NCBI GenBank assembly: GCA_026770705.1
Contig: JANJGN010000016.1
Span: forward strand, 118,234,001 to 118,298,000
Direction of reading: 5' to 3'
DNA length: 64,000 bases
DNA from: Isurus oxyrinchus
Lineage: Eukaryota
The stretch's first letter is position 1; the number at the start of each line of letters is the position of its first letter. Position numbers and translations under genes: made by a program. The notes beneath the pieces are model-generated. The model was not told the origin of the DNA. It did no database searches and worked only from the letters and a program-made list of their open reading frames with translations. Shown here piece by piece: positions 48,661 to 61,794 of this stretch.

Positions 48661-50130
48661 CTTTGCATTCATGGATAAGCCTTTCATCATTGTCAAGATG
48701 AGGTTACAGCCCAAGGGCCGGGCCATGCCCCAGCTCACATCTGTCATTGTCAGCCAGCTTGAGAGAGTAATCAGTACTCTACCCAACTACAAAATAAGGT
48801 ACAAACCGTTCATTCCATACCAAGTTCTTCCAACAGTAAATACAGCAAACTGTGACAATTGCATGCAAAATTTGAGCATCACTGAAGAATATTATTTATT
48901 CGGAGATTGTACAACCGGATTGAACACGTTCACTTTGCTTTCTCACTGCATGAGCCTATCAGCAGCAAGCGCTGGAGAGAAGGGGCCTCTGATTGCAGGA
49001 GCAGTTCCACACAGAATCTGTCACCTCCACTTACTGCGGGGGTGGGATGGGGGGGGGGGGGGAACCTTTTTTGAGATTGGTCACTCCTGTGATTGAATTT
49101 TCCAGGGCTTTTTAGGGACTGGAGGGCAAATATGTTTGCTACCCACTACCCCATCCCCCCCAACCATGTAATGTGAACACTGAACCAAACTGCTTGTAAC
49201 AAAAGGTTTAACATGAGCCATCTCCTAGTAAATTAACTACAAGTGCATAAATATTTTATTTCCAGAGCATTTTCTCAGTGTGGAATAGAAGGAAGCATTA
49301 TAAGCTACATATACACGTATGGTCATTCATACCTAGGAACTGGAAAAATGGCTTCACACAATATACCATTTCTTTACTACTTTACAGTCGAGGTATTAAG
49401 TGACTTGATATCTGCCCTACCATGATAATTTTGAAAAAAAAAGTTGGAAGTGTGTCCACTCCATATACATTAAGTATGGCAATAAAGCTTATGATTACAT
49501 GTACGTTAGACACAATGGAAAGCGTAGGATTCTTGAAAGGAGGGATGTGAAATGGCTTTGCCAGAAGTCCAGTGGGCTACTGCGTTGGAGACTTGATTGG
49601 TCAAGGCATCTTAGCTACCGTGGAGAGGTCTGATTGGCATGGACGAGATGAAAAAAAAAGAAACTATCAGTGGAAAGGAAAGAAGTTTCTTAAAAATCAC
49701 AGATGCCAGGGAAAAGAGAGGTGTGTTTGCACACCCACTAGGGATTTGTGCACTCACCCTATGCTGAACAAACTACACAAAGCATGCTTAACATATTGTA
49801 TCAGCTGAGACTTAGAAAAATCTGACATTGTTGATGTCAACTAATGCTTGAAACTTAGTTAAATTTGGCATGATCATTACAACTTTGAACTTTTCTTCAC
49901 GAACAAGCTCTGCGATTGCTTTTGTTATCATTCGACTGCTTCTGAGCACTTTAAATGCAATTAAATTATGCTAAATGATCACAAATGATGTTACTTGAGC
50001 TTTGTATGATTTCATTTGATGTCTTTTCACCACCAGTGATGTCATCTGATCACTATTTGATTACTTGGGATGTCAAATGATGGCTAAATGATCTTTTGAA
50101 CTCAGATAATCACAAATGAGCACATATGAT

Positions 50131-53100
50131 GGCTGCAGAATGCAAAACGATATCAACATTTTTCAGAAGGGAAAGACACCCCACCAGTATTATTTAAAGG
50201 GATCATCAGCTACTTTCAGGTTAGTTGCTACCGGTTGTTGCTAAGTTAGTGGAAGTGTTTGGTGATATGTAATGCTCCTTAAAGTTGGTGAATAAAGAAT
50301 GGTATGGCACATGCTGAGGGTCTTGATTCTGACTTCAATGGTTCTGCTCAGACCACGTTCTCCCAGGCATAGCTGCAATAGTTTGTATGCTACTTGTTCT
50401 GCAGCATGCAAAGGGAGAATGGGGGCGAATGAGCAGAGGTGACACATAAGCTACATGAAGAGGAAGGTGGAGAAGGAAGAGATGGGTTCTCAATAGGGGG
50501 CCACAACTGCTCAGGATCCTCAGAGAGCAATTCTCATGTAGCAACTTCAGTGAGGAACAGTGCGTCAAATGTCTGTGCTTCACCAAGGAGATGCTCACTG
50601 TCACCTGCCACTGAAATTTGCATCCTTCAAAGTGTAACCTCAGAGCAGGACAAGTTCCATTGAAGATGTAATAAGGTGACCATTCCCATAAACCTTTATG
50701 CATCTGGCTCCTTTCAGGCTGGACCAGGCAATATTTGCCATATTTCCCAGTTTGCTGTCCACTGTTGCACAAGGGAGGTCACTTAAGTCCATGTGTTACA
50801 AGAGAGCTGAATATATTTCATTATCCTTTACCAGAAAGAAGCAAGCACACACCTTTACCATATTAGTGGGCGGTCACCGCGGTGCCATTGACTGCATACA
50901 CATTGTGGATGCCGCATCTAAATTCAGAGATCTACCACAAGCGCAAAGGGTTCCACACCCTCAGTGTGCAGCAGTTGTGTCCATGCTCAATGCAACATAC
51001 TGGCATCAGTCATAATGCCTTCTTTCTGTGGCAGTCAGCTGTACCATCCGTATTTGAGCTACTATAATAAACTAGAGGGTGGCTGCTGGGTGACAGGAGC
51101 TATCTACTGATCACCTGGCTCATGACTCTGTACACAACTCACATGTGGCAGCATGCATGTGAGAGCCATGCTGTCACTTGAAGTGTGATTGAGCAGACAT
51201 TTGGGGTGCCTAACCAATGCTGCTTCTGCTGCATGGAGCGCTCTAGAGGAGCTCCACAGCACTCAGAGCTCATGTCATGATTCATTGTGGTCTGTTGCAT
51301 GCCGCATTACCTCACAGTCATGAAGGAACAATCCTTAGGATGAGGTATTCGTTGAGAAGCTGAGGAGGAGGAGGCGGTGAGGATGAGGAACAAGAGAGGA
51401 AGCGGGAGGAGGCAAACAAAATCTCTCCTTTCTGGCTAAGCTATCAGTGATCAACTCGTCTGACTGTGGTTATCAGTGAAGGCAACCACAATAACCCATT
51501 CAGCAACAGTCACACATCCACTCACTCTCACAATGTCTACAAGGCTGGAATAAAAGACACCACAGGACAAACGTTCCAAAACAGCTTTACAAATCAAATC
51601 ATCCAAGATTCCAAGAAGTCAATTAATCACTTTCTTGCAATCCTTTAATTTCAGTCTTCCATGTAGATTGCTCAGTATCCCAGCAAATGCAGCACAGTCG
51701 GTGAACATTGCTGAGTCCAGTGAGACATGGCAGATGGTCCTGCAAGATGACCTCGAGCAAGCCCGGAATGTCTGGCTACGGACCGCACAAACGTGTCAGA
51801 CTGGGCTAGCTGACTGACAGGCAACATCAAGGATATTGGTGGTAGTGATGAGAGGACAACAAGTTTGTGCACCACGGAGCTCTTGTCATTCCCTCAGAGC
51901 TGTGCTTCAGCTGTCCTAGCAATGTGTTAAAGGACAGGTTACTGGACTGCTGTGAGACCCTGCAAGCCCCTTTGCACACTGGTATCTGCAGCTTGTGTGG
52001 CAGAAAGCCGAGATTGCACGAGCGCAGTTTGAACTTCCACTGGGACGTGAGAAGGAGAAGTAGGTACGAGTGTATGGTTTCAGCCCTGCTTTTACCTTTC
52101 ACCTTACTCGTTCCAATGATGGTGGGCGTTGTCTCCTCTATGTGGTAGGGGCATGCAGCCATGCCTGCTCCCTGCTGCATGTGGTTATGTGCCGCATTAT
52201 CCTGCAAAAGGGTTGAGTGTCAGTGAATGTGGTGCAAAGTGTTTGGCTGATGTGGCTGTCAGTGTTGAATAGTTGGCAGTGTGTGAAAGCTGTGGAATTG
52301 AGTGCCAAGTGTGAGGGTGAGGTGAAGCTATGAATGCGAGGTGTGACTCATGATTGATAGAGTGAAGTCGGGATGCAGTAGATTGAACAGGTTTTGAGGC
52401 TACGCCTGCAGTTGTTAGGATATGGCATTTGAAGATACATTCATTGCGACCTTGTAAGGTTATTGAGCCTTTTATGGGACTGCATCCAAATTCTTGGGGC
52501 TGGTCACCTGGCATTGACTGCCATGGATAGCTGGTCCCACTGCCCTTTCGCAGTTTGCCAGTAGGGCTCCCTGCATATAGATAGCCGCTCTCCTCCTCTA
52601 CACCTTCTCGACTCAGGCCTCCAGTGCTAGATTTGAAAACCTGACAGCTGGTTCTCTGCCATGCTGATCTAAAATTCAGTGTTCCTCTTGCTCACACTCT
52701 TCAGCAACCCCTGTTCTAGCCAGGATGCATCTAACCTTTAAGAAGTGCAGGTTGGCCATCTTTTAAAAATTCATTCATGGGATGTGAGCATTGCTGGCAA
52801 TTCACATGCAGGCCACACCGGTAAGGACAGCTGATTCCCTTCCCTAAAGGACATTAGTGAACCAGATGGGGTTTTATGAAATTCCAATAGTTTAAGGAAC
52901 ACCACTACTTTTTATTCCAGATTTATTTGATTAACTTAATCTGCAGGAACTAACCAAGGCTCTTTAGACAGCACCTTACACAACAAAGACTACTACCATC
53001 TAGAAGGACAAGGGCAGCAGATAGATGGGAACACCGCCACCCAGAAGTTCCCCTCTAAGTCACTCACCACCCTGACTTGGAAACATATCATCGTTCCTTC

Positions 53101-53526
53101 ACTGTCGCTGGTTCCTGGAACTCCCTCCCTAACAGCACATGGACTGCAGCGGTTCAAGGCACCACGTTCTCAAGCTCACCACCACCTTCTCAAGGGCAAT
53201 TAGGGATGGGCAATAAATACTGGCCTAGTCAGCGAAGCTCACATCCCATGAATGAATAAAAAAAAAAAATCCCCCAGCTGCCATGGTGAAATCTGAACTC
53301 ATGCCTCTGAAGTAGAATAACTCTAAATGGTGCTCACCTCAATTTTGTGCCCCCTGCTCAGGCATGAAGACACTCAACCGCACGGCTGCCACTGCCCACT
53401 ACAATCATTTAAAGGAGTTGGCATCATGAAGTTTACATGCTGCCTACAGCAAAAGCAACCAGCACAGGTTAATTGCGCATTGTAATTCTCACTCCCATTT
53501 TCTGGCTTTAATCAGATTTTGCAGCC
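50131..53526. mobile_element. Decayed autonomous PIF/Harbinger transposon: DDE transposase pseudogene (+, ~50480-51330) and convergent Myb/SANT ORF remnant (-, ~51700-52680)
   Basis: Frame-broken motifs LYASGSFQ, GAIDCIHI, KGFHTLSVQQLC, GWLLGDRSY..TWLMT, VIEQTFG. Candidate termini ggctgcagaat / attttgcagcc, with no TSD recovered. Confidence 0.8.
52765..53310 (-). mobile_element. SINE of the 890-1285 family, interrupted by a + strand CR1-like LINE 3' end (~52940-53269)
   Basis: ttccctaaaggacattagtgaaccagatggg matches 1065-1097. The LINE tail ends catgaatgaataaaaaaaaaaaa. Confidence 0.7.
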
Positions 53527-54834
53527 ACAATCTCATTATTCTAAACCCCAACGCAGTTGAAATACATGTACTGATACCAGAATCCATTTGCTAGTGTATG
53601 TTTAGTGGTGATTTAAGTTTATCAGGATTTTTAATGCAGCCTCTTGATAATACTGCAAAATAAAGGCCAGTCCACCTAGACAGTCTTTTTACCCCCTCAA
53701 ACGGGAGCCCTTAAATGTGAGAGATTTTAGCATGGTGCATATCACACACACGTATGATTTTGAATGAAATGAATTGGTGTAGTGTACACAAGCAGACAGA
53801 AGGAACTGGCAAAGACTCATAGAAAGATAGTCATTTGGCAATATTATTAGGTGACAATAGCACTTGAATGTGATGAAGCAGTTTTGGACCAACTGAAGCC
53901 TTCTCAATAAACACAGATTTCTAGTGGAGAGAAATAACAGGAAATGTACTGTAACCTTCAAACAGAAATGAAACTACGTATGAAACAGCATGGGGTGCAT
54001 TCAATTTCTCATCCTTCATGCTTTGAAATAACACAGAAACTAAAGAAATGTAATTAGTGCTCCCACAGGTGTCTATGGGAGACTGTGACCAGAAAGCCAA
54101 CTAAGCTTGCTGCATGTAGGAGCATAGTGCAATCTGCAGACAACAGAAAGAATTCACTAGCCTATTGAACCGGTGGCCTTTCGACTGTCATTCTGTTATT
54201 AGATAAATCTGCATTAATTTGGCAGATCAGTATTAATTTTGAACTGAAAACCATCACTTTAGCTTTTTAAGTCCATTTCAAAGCACCCAAATCTATACCA
54301 CAAGGTACATTGCTTTTCTACTGATGTCAATAACATACTCAAATATATCTGACAAAAATGTCCATTCAATAAAATCGGACTCTGTCAAAGCATCTGTAGT
54401 TCAAGGGACAATAGTTCAAGGTGTTGTCTGGAATGCTGTTCTATAGTTTTTGAAGGAATGTAAAGGATAATGCAACATTAGTGTCTAAAAAAAAATGTAC
54501 AGTCTCATTTATGACATAATATTTTGATACATGTGTCTGTAATCTGTTTTTATTTTCCTGGCCTTTTTAATGTGAAACATTGATTTGTTGAGAAGATATT
54601 CAATTTGCAAAATGTAGAACTTTAAACTTTTGTTTTTGCAACTGATTGCAATTTTATACTGCACGTGTGTCTATCACATATTGCATCTTTTACTGTATTT
54701 GTTTGGTATACTGGTTTATCAGGTTTTCCTTTTTGCCATTAAAACTCAAAACTAATAACATTTATGATAAGCTCAATGGTTATTCATTGTTGAAACCTTA
54801 AAATGTATCTCAAGGTGGATTAGACGGACACTAT

Positions 54835-55568
54835 GAGCTGAATTTTACTGCGTTCTTTCGGACCCAACGTCAGGATCAGGATGAGTCTGCACCTGTCAGC
54901 AGCGAGACCGGCTCAGCAATTTTACCATGCGCGGGCTCCTAGTTGGCCAATTAAGGAGGGTGGACCGGCCCCTGATGCTGTCGGCCCAATTAGAGGGCTG
55001 TTATCTCTGACACCTCAGCAGCGCTACCGGGAGAGGTGGGCGCTCCTGAGAGAGCTGGGTGTCTCAAATTAGAGGCACCCTGGAGAGGCAAGTGTAATTT
55101 AAAATTCTTGATGGCTAAAGGCAGATGGCGCGCCCCTGACCCCCCCGCCCTCCCACCGACTGGAGGGGTTTCTGTCCAAAGGTGATTTGTGGGGGGGGGG
55201 GGGGGGTGCGGGGTGGGGAATGGTGATCATTTTTTTTTACTGGGGCTGCCTTATCTGTCCACAAACCCATCTTTGGCCTTGGAGCTTCTGACTCCAATGG
55301 GGTGTCCAGCTCTATATGGGACTGGAGCCTCCCCACATGGTGGAGGCTTGTCCCGTCACCGGCAGCCTCACTTAACCAAGGTTTTAATTATGCAAATTTC
55401 TGCCCATATCCATTGAACAAACACAACCAGTCCTGCCTCCTGCCCACCACTGGGAAACCATACCGGTGGGCAGACTGCTCCTGGAAACCATCCTGATGCA
55501 GTTTCCCTGCTATTTTACCATCAGCCAGCCTCTAATTCTGCCATTCGGCGGCCGGTAAAATTTGAGCC
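54835..55568. mobile_element. Harbinger-type MITE
   Basis: Ends gagctgaattttac / gtaaaatttgagcc; interior resembles 5185-5919. Confidence 0.65.
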
Positions 55569-56589
55569 AATAGATGGCAATTTTTGGGGGTGTAAATGTG
55601 CAGGTGGATCAATGAAGAGAATGGACCTTGAATGGCACAAGAAATGGATGCCAGCATGGTGAGGTATTCAAGATGAATGCATGGTCATTTCGTCATGAGG
55701 CAACAACATGCACTGTCTACATATGTAGACCTTAATACAACTGCATGGAAAAGGACAGGGAAATGCCGGTTGGTCTATCAAACTCTTCCTGTCCTGCGAC
55801 TTCTACAGACTATCACATACGTCCTTCTTCCCACCCTCCTCCTCAAAATAAAATCATTCTGTCTGTTGCTTGTTTACTGTTGTTCACTCCTGGCAGATCA
55901 TCATCAAATACCCGTCAAGTTGTGCACAAATGTACACATACTCAATCTGAGCTTAGAATTCCAAAGTGTAAGTTGAGTAACAGTCACACTCGCCAAGTCA
56001 AAAATGCAGTTCCAGACATGAATGTTGAGACTCCAATGTAATATTGAGAGTGCTGCATTATAGAAAATGCTTTTAAAATGAAGCCAGATCATAATGATAA
56101 TTTTCAAAGAAGGGCAAAGCCTCCTGTAGGCTGGACCAATGTCATCAAGAACAATAACTGGTTAGTTATCCAATTGCTGCTTCATGGGCCTGACTGTTCA
56201 TACAATACTACTTTATTTTCTTACATAACAATAGTGATTATACTTCAAAGTATTTCAATCCAGTGCTTTGGGACATCTTGAACAATGTGATCTGAGGCTT
56301 TATAAATGTGAATTTTCTTTCCTGTATAGAATTCCAATGCACAAACTAAGTCCAATTCACTCTCATTGTTCAGAATTCCTACACATAAGCAGAACACTCA
56401 AATCCTAAAGCCTGATTGATTATTCTCCGAATGCCTCTTGAGTATCCACTTAAAATATTCATCACACTAAATATTACAAGGTCATCCAGTCCAGTCCCAT
56501 TGCTCCAATTTTAACCCTGTACACTTAGTGAGAAAACTACAGGCAGCATGCTACCATCGGATTTGGGAACTTTCCCAACCAACCGGCAT

Positions 56590-58300
56590 ATTGCATTGAG
56601 TTACATCAAGCCTGCAGCACAAAAGCAGGCCATTCAACCCAACTGATATATGCTGGCATTTCTGCTCCACATGCTCCACCCCTCTTCAGGGGTAATCCTA
56701 TCAGTATATCTTCTATTCCCTTTTCTTTCATTTGTTTATTTAGCTTCCCTTTAAATGCATCTATGCTAACTACAACTACACCTTACAGCAGTGTGTTCCA
56801 GATTCTAACACTCTGGATAAAAGAAGATTCCCCTGTTTAATTTATTAGTGAACGTTTTACATTTAGGTTCAGTACAAAGGGTTGGGCATATGGAGTTGAG
56901 GCCGAATATCTGGATGGATAGCAAACTGGCTAAAAAAGAGAAAACCTTTTAAAAAACAGAAAGCAGAGAGTAGGGATAAAGAATAGTTCTTCCGATTGGA
57001 GAAAGGTAGAAGGCAATTCTCCACAAGGATCAGTGTAAGGACCACTGTTATTCTTTATATATTAATAATTTACACTTAGAAACAAGTTATTCAATAAGTT
57101 TGGACATGATTATCAAACTGGGGGAAATAGCTAACCCTAAAAAGAATGCAACATAATACAAGACAACATTAGAAATCCTGCCGACTGGGTAGTTAAGTAA
57201 AAAATTAACTTTAATGTAGGTAAATGTGAGGTGATGCACTTAGTTGGAAAAATAGAAGCATCAACTATACCTTAGAAAATAAGTAACTGAGTGGATAGAG
57301 GAACAAGGGGCTCTAGAGATACATCTGAACACATCATTAAAAGCAGCATTGCAGCTTGGCAAAGCAATTAAAATGCTAACAAAACACTAGGGATATGGAA
57401 TTCAAAAGTAGTGAAGTTATACTACATGAGAGAAAAAGGAATCAGAAGATATGTTGAAAGACTGAGATGGATTGAGAGAGAGGAGACGCATGTAGAGTAT
57501 AAACACCGGCACAGGCTGGTTGGGCCAAATCGCCTGATTTTGTGCTGCATGTTCTATATAATTCTAAGACCTGCGGTGTTGGACTCTCCCACTAGTGCAA
57601 ACATTTTCGTCACATTTACCCTATCAAACTCTTTTGTTATCTTAAAGACCTGTTAACCTTCTCAGGAGCTTCAGACTGTTCAACCTATCCTGTTCAGTAT
57701 ATCCTCTCAGTGATTGTATCATTCTTGCGAATCCTTTTTGCACCTTTTCCAATGCCTCTATACCTCTTTTTTTTTTAAAATATGGACATCAGATTTGAGT
57801 TCTGTGGAAGGGTCATGAGGACTCAAAAATGTCAACTCTTTTCTTCTCCGCCAATGCTGCCAGACCTGCTGAGTTTTTCCACTAATTCTGTTTTTGTATC
57901 AGATTTGTACACTGTTCTCCAAATGTGGCCTAATCAAGGTTTGACACAAGTTTAGCATACTATTTGTGCTCATTAATTCTATCCCTCTAAAATGAGCCAC
58001 AGTGCTTTGCTTCCTTTTTTGATGATCTTACTTACATACCTACTCTTAGTGATTTGTGAATGTGTACCCCTAGATCTCTTTACTCATGTATCCCATTCAG
58101 ACCCCAACCAATATATGGCTTCCTTAATCTTCTTACCAAAATGCACCATCCCACACTGTTCTTACTGGAAATCATTTGTCGACTACATGTCCATTCTTAA
58201 GTTTTCCCGCATTTTGTTGCATCATCTTCTCTGTTAATTACACCTCTTAAATTCGTGTCATCCACAAATTATGAAATTGAACTTCTGATTCCCAAATCCA
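56590..58300. mobile_element. Cluster of old CR1 fragments on both strands
   Basis: PQGSV.GPLLF-like text at 57021 (+). CR1 3' ends and antisense RT remnants at 56590-56850 and 57560-58300. Confidence 0.6.
57798..57897 (+). mobile_element. Single-arm copy of the young Penelope hammerhead repeat
   Basis: Begins at agttctgtggaagggtcatgaggactc. 10-bp TSD atcagatttg at 57788-57797 and 57898-57907. Confidence 0.85.
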
Positions 58301-58985
58301 AATCAAATACAGTTCTCTGCAACCAAGAGTGTTGCCCGTGTTGCCTGCCCAGGGCCAGGGGTAAGAACACCTCCTCAGGATTGGAGGGGAACTTGGAATA
58401 GGACTAGAAAGACCTCTTTTCAGTGGTCCACATGGGTACCAACGACATAGGTAGGATTAAGAAAGAGGTTCTGCTCAAGGAGAATTAAGAGGGGCTAAAT
58501 TAAAAGACAGAACCACAAATGTAATAATCTCTGGATTATTACCTAAACCACAAGCAAATTGGCATTGGGCAAATAAGATCAGAGAGTTGAATTCTTGGCT
58601 CAAAGACTAGTGTGGGAAAACTGGGTTTCAATTCATGTGGCACTGGTGCCAGTACTGGTGAAAGAGGGAACGGTACCCTTGGGACAGCTTTCACCTGAAC
58701 CACACTGGGACTACTGTCTTGGTGAATCCCATAACAGGGACTGTAGAAAGGGCTTTATACTAAATAGTGAGGGGTTGAGGGGAATGGTTCTGGAGGCAGT
58801 AGGATTCACATGAGGGGAGATTTGGAAAGTTAAAGAGAAGGGACAAGGTAATATTGCAGGTTAATAATGCAAGTAATGATAATCAGAGTATTACAGGAAG
58901 AGACAGAGCATACAAACATAAGTGTGCACTTGCAAATAGGTCAGAGTTAGCAAAAATGGCAAAAAGATTGAATTAAAGTTTCTTT

Positions 58986-59113
58986 GGGTGGAAATTTATG
59001 ACCCCACCTGCCAAAGGGATCATCCAGCCCCACCGAAATTGAATGGACTTTTGGCTGGTAGGCAGAATCTCCCATGATGGTTCCCAAAACAACGGAACTG
59101 GAAAATCCAGGCC
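58986..59113. mobile_element. 128-bp Harbinger-type MITE inserted at the CR1 ORF2 start
   Basis: Ends gggtggaaattt / aaaatccaggcc with TSD TTT. Removing it restores ttaaagtttctttatctgaatactcgcagcatt (LKFLYLNTRSI). Confidence 0.7.
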
Positions 59114-59139
59114 TTTATCTGAATACTCGCAGCATTCAT

Positions 59140-59528
59140 AACATTTGTTTCCCATCCCTAACTGCCCATGAGAAGGTGGTGGTGAGCTGCCTTCTTGAAT
59201 TGCTACAGTCCATGCGGTGTAGGTACACCCACAGTGCTGTTTGGGTGGGAGTTTCAGGATTTCGACCCAGTGACAGTGAAGGAACGGTGATATATTTCCA
59301 AGTCAGGATGTTGAATGACTTGGAGGGGAACTTGCAGGTGGTGGTGTTCCCATCTATCTGCTGCCCTTGTCCTTCTAGATGGTAGCAGTCATGGGTTTGG
59401 AAGGTGCTGTCTGAGGAGTCTTGGTGAGTTCCTGCATTGCATCTTTTAGATGTACACACTGCTGCCACCGTGTGTCAGTGATGGAAGGAATGGATGCTTA
59501 TGGATGGGGTGCTAATATCAAGCAGGCT
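59140..59528 (-). mobile_element. CR1-like LINE 3' fragment
   Basis: Co-linear with 14000-14390. Confidence 0.75.
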
Positions 59529-59920
59529 AAAATTGATTAAAGTGGATTGGAAAAATAGGTGAAACAGTAAGATGATAGAGATGCAGTGGCAGACATTTAA
59601 GGAGATATTTCATAACTCTCAACAAAGATATATTCCATTGAGGAAAATAGGCTCTACCAGGAGGATGCACCACCCATGGCTAATTATGCAAGTTAAGGGT
59701 GGTACCAAATTGAAAGAAAAGGCGTTACCATGCTGCAAAGGTTAATGGATTAATGGGCAGAACATCAGGCAAGTTTAGAAAAGTATGACCAAAAAAATAT
59801 AAACAGGGAGAAATTGGAGTAGAAGAGAAAGCGAACAAGAAATACAAAAACAGACAGCAAAAGCTTCTACAAGAAAATAAAAAGGAAAAGGGTAGCTAAA
59901 GTGAGCATGGTTCCTTCGAG

Positions 59921-60159
59921 AACAAAAACAGAATTACCTGGAAAAACTCAGCAGGTCTGGCAGCATCGGCGGAGAAGAAAAGAGTTGACGTTTCGAGTCC
60001 TCATGTCCCTTCGATAGAACTAGTTCTGCTGAAGGGTCATGAGGACTCGAAACGTCAACTCTTTTCTTCTCCGCCGATGCTGCCAGACCTGCTGAGTTTT
60101 TCCAGGTAATTCTGTTTTTGTTTTGGATTTCCAGCATCTGCAGTTTTTTGTCTTTATCT
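59921..60159. mobile_element. Young Neptune-like Penelope fold-back mini-element: 100-bp palindrome of two hammerhead-bearing arms plus a 37-nt tail
   Basis: Stem 59921-60020 / 60023-60122 centred on gaactagttc. 14-bp TSD atggttccttcgag at 59907-59920 and 60160-60173. Hammerhead motifs at 59983-60021 (-) and 60022-60060 (+). Confidence 0.9.
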
Positions 60160-61335
60160 ATGGTTCCTTCGAGGGTGAGACTGGGAAATTAATAAAGGAA
60201 AACAAGGAAATGGCAGAGAATTGAACAAGTATTTTATAGCTATCTTCATGGTTGAAGCATCCCAAGAATTGTTGAAAATCAAGAGGCAGAAGGGAGGATG
60301 GAAGAATAAACACTATTACTAGAGAAAAAGTAATGGGAATATCAACGGAACTTAAGCCTGACAAGTCACTGGGCCTAATGGCTTACATCTAGGGTCTTAA
60401 AGGAAGTGGCTGCAGAAATAGTGCTTGCATTGTTTGTAATCTTCCAAAATTCACTAGATTCTGTTAAGGTCCCAGTGGATTGGAAATCTGCAAATGTAAC
60501 TAGCCTGTTCAAGAAAGGAGAGAGACAGAAAGTAGGAAATTATAGGCCAGTTAGCCTCAGGTCAACCATTGGAAAACGTTCCTAAGGAGGTAATAGGATA
60601 TTTAGAAACTCATAATACAATCAGGCAGAGTCTGTGAGAAAGAAATCGTGTCTGACAAACTTATTACAGTTCTTTGACGATGCAACAAACAGGGTGGATG
60701 TGGTGTATTTGGATTTGCAAAAGGCATTTGATAAGGTGCTATCTAAAAACCTACTACACAAGATAAGGTTTGGGGGTGATATATCAGCACAAATAGTAGA
60801 TTGGCTAACTAACAGGAAACTGAGTCAGGATAAAAAGGTCATTTTCAGAATGGGCAAACTGTAACTAGTGGAATGCCACAGGGATCTATACGGGGGCCTC
60901 AACTATTTACGATCTATGTTAATGAGTTAGATGAAGGCACTGACTGTATTGTAGCCAAATTTGCTGACAATACAAAGATAGTTGGGAAAGTAAGTTGTGA
61001 GGAGGATGCAAAGAATCTGCAAAAGGATATAGATAGGCTAAGTGAATAGGAAAAAAATTGACTGATGGAGTATAATATGGGAAAATGTAAGGTTGCCTGC
61101 TTTGGCAAGAAGAATAAAAAGTAGAATATTATTTAAATGGAGAGCGAGAGACTGTAGAATGCTATGGTGCAGAGGGACCTGGGTGTCTTTGTACCTGAAT
61201 CTCTCAAAGTCAGCAGCAAGTAATTAAAAAGGTGAATAACATGTTGAACTTTATTGCAAGGGGGATGGAGTAATAAAGTAAGGAAGTCTTGCTACAACTG
61301 TACAGGGCATTGGTGAGACCACACCTAAAGTACTG

Positions 61336-61415
61336 TATACAGTTTTGGTCACCTTACTTAAGAAGGCTCACACTTTATACAGTTTTGGTCACCTTACTTA
61401 AGAAGGCTCACACTT
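61336..61415 (+). repeat. Perfect 40-bp tandem duplication inside CR1
   Basis: tatacagttttggtcaccttacttaagaaggctcacactt occurs twice in a row. Confidence 0.9.
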
Positions 61416-61794
61416 GCATTGGAGACAGTTCAGAGAAGATTCACTAGGCTGATTTCAGGCATGAAGGGCTCATCTTAAGAGGTTAGTTTGAGCATGATGA
61501 GTCTATATTCATTGGAGCTTGGAAGAATGAGAGGTGATCTTATTGAAATAAATAAGATTCTGATTGGGCTTCACAGGATAGATGCTGAAAGGACATTTCC
61601 CCTAATGAAGGAATCTAGAACTAGGGGGCAGAGTTTCAAAATAAGAACTCTTCCACTTAAGACAGATGAGAAGGAATTTGAAATAAAAACAACAATTGCT
61701 GGAAATATTCAGCAATTCAGGCAGCACCTGTGGAATGAAATTAAGTTAACATTTCAGATCAAGGTGGCCTGCCATCAGGATTGAAGATAGAATT

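Noticed and set aside
50480-51330. Possible domesticated HARBI1-like host gene
   Set aside because: Multiple stops and frameshifts, and it is paired with a Myb ORF remnant and TIR-like ends, so it is a dead transposon.
15046-60159. CRISPR-like or prokaryotic interpretation of the repeated palindromes
   Set aside because: Dispersed copies with individual TSDs and identity to a Penelope terminus; no repeat-spacer array, and the context is a spliced vertebrate gene.
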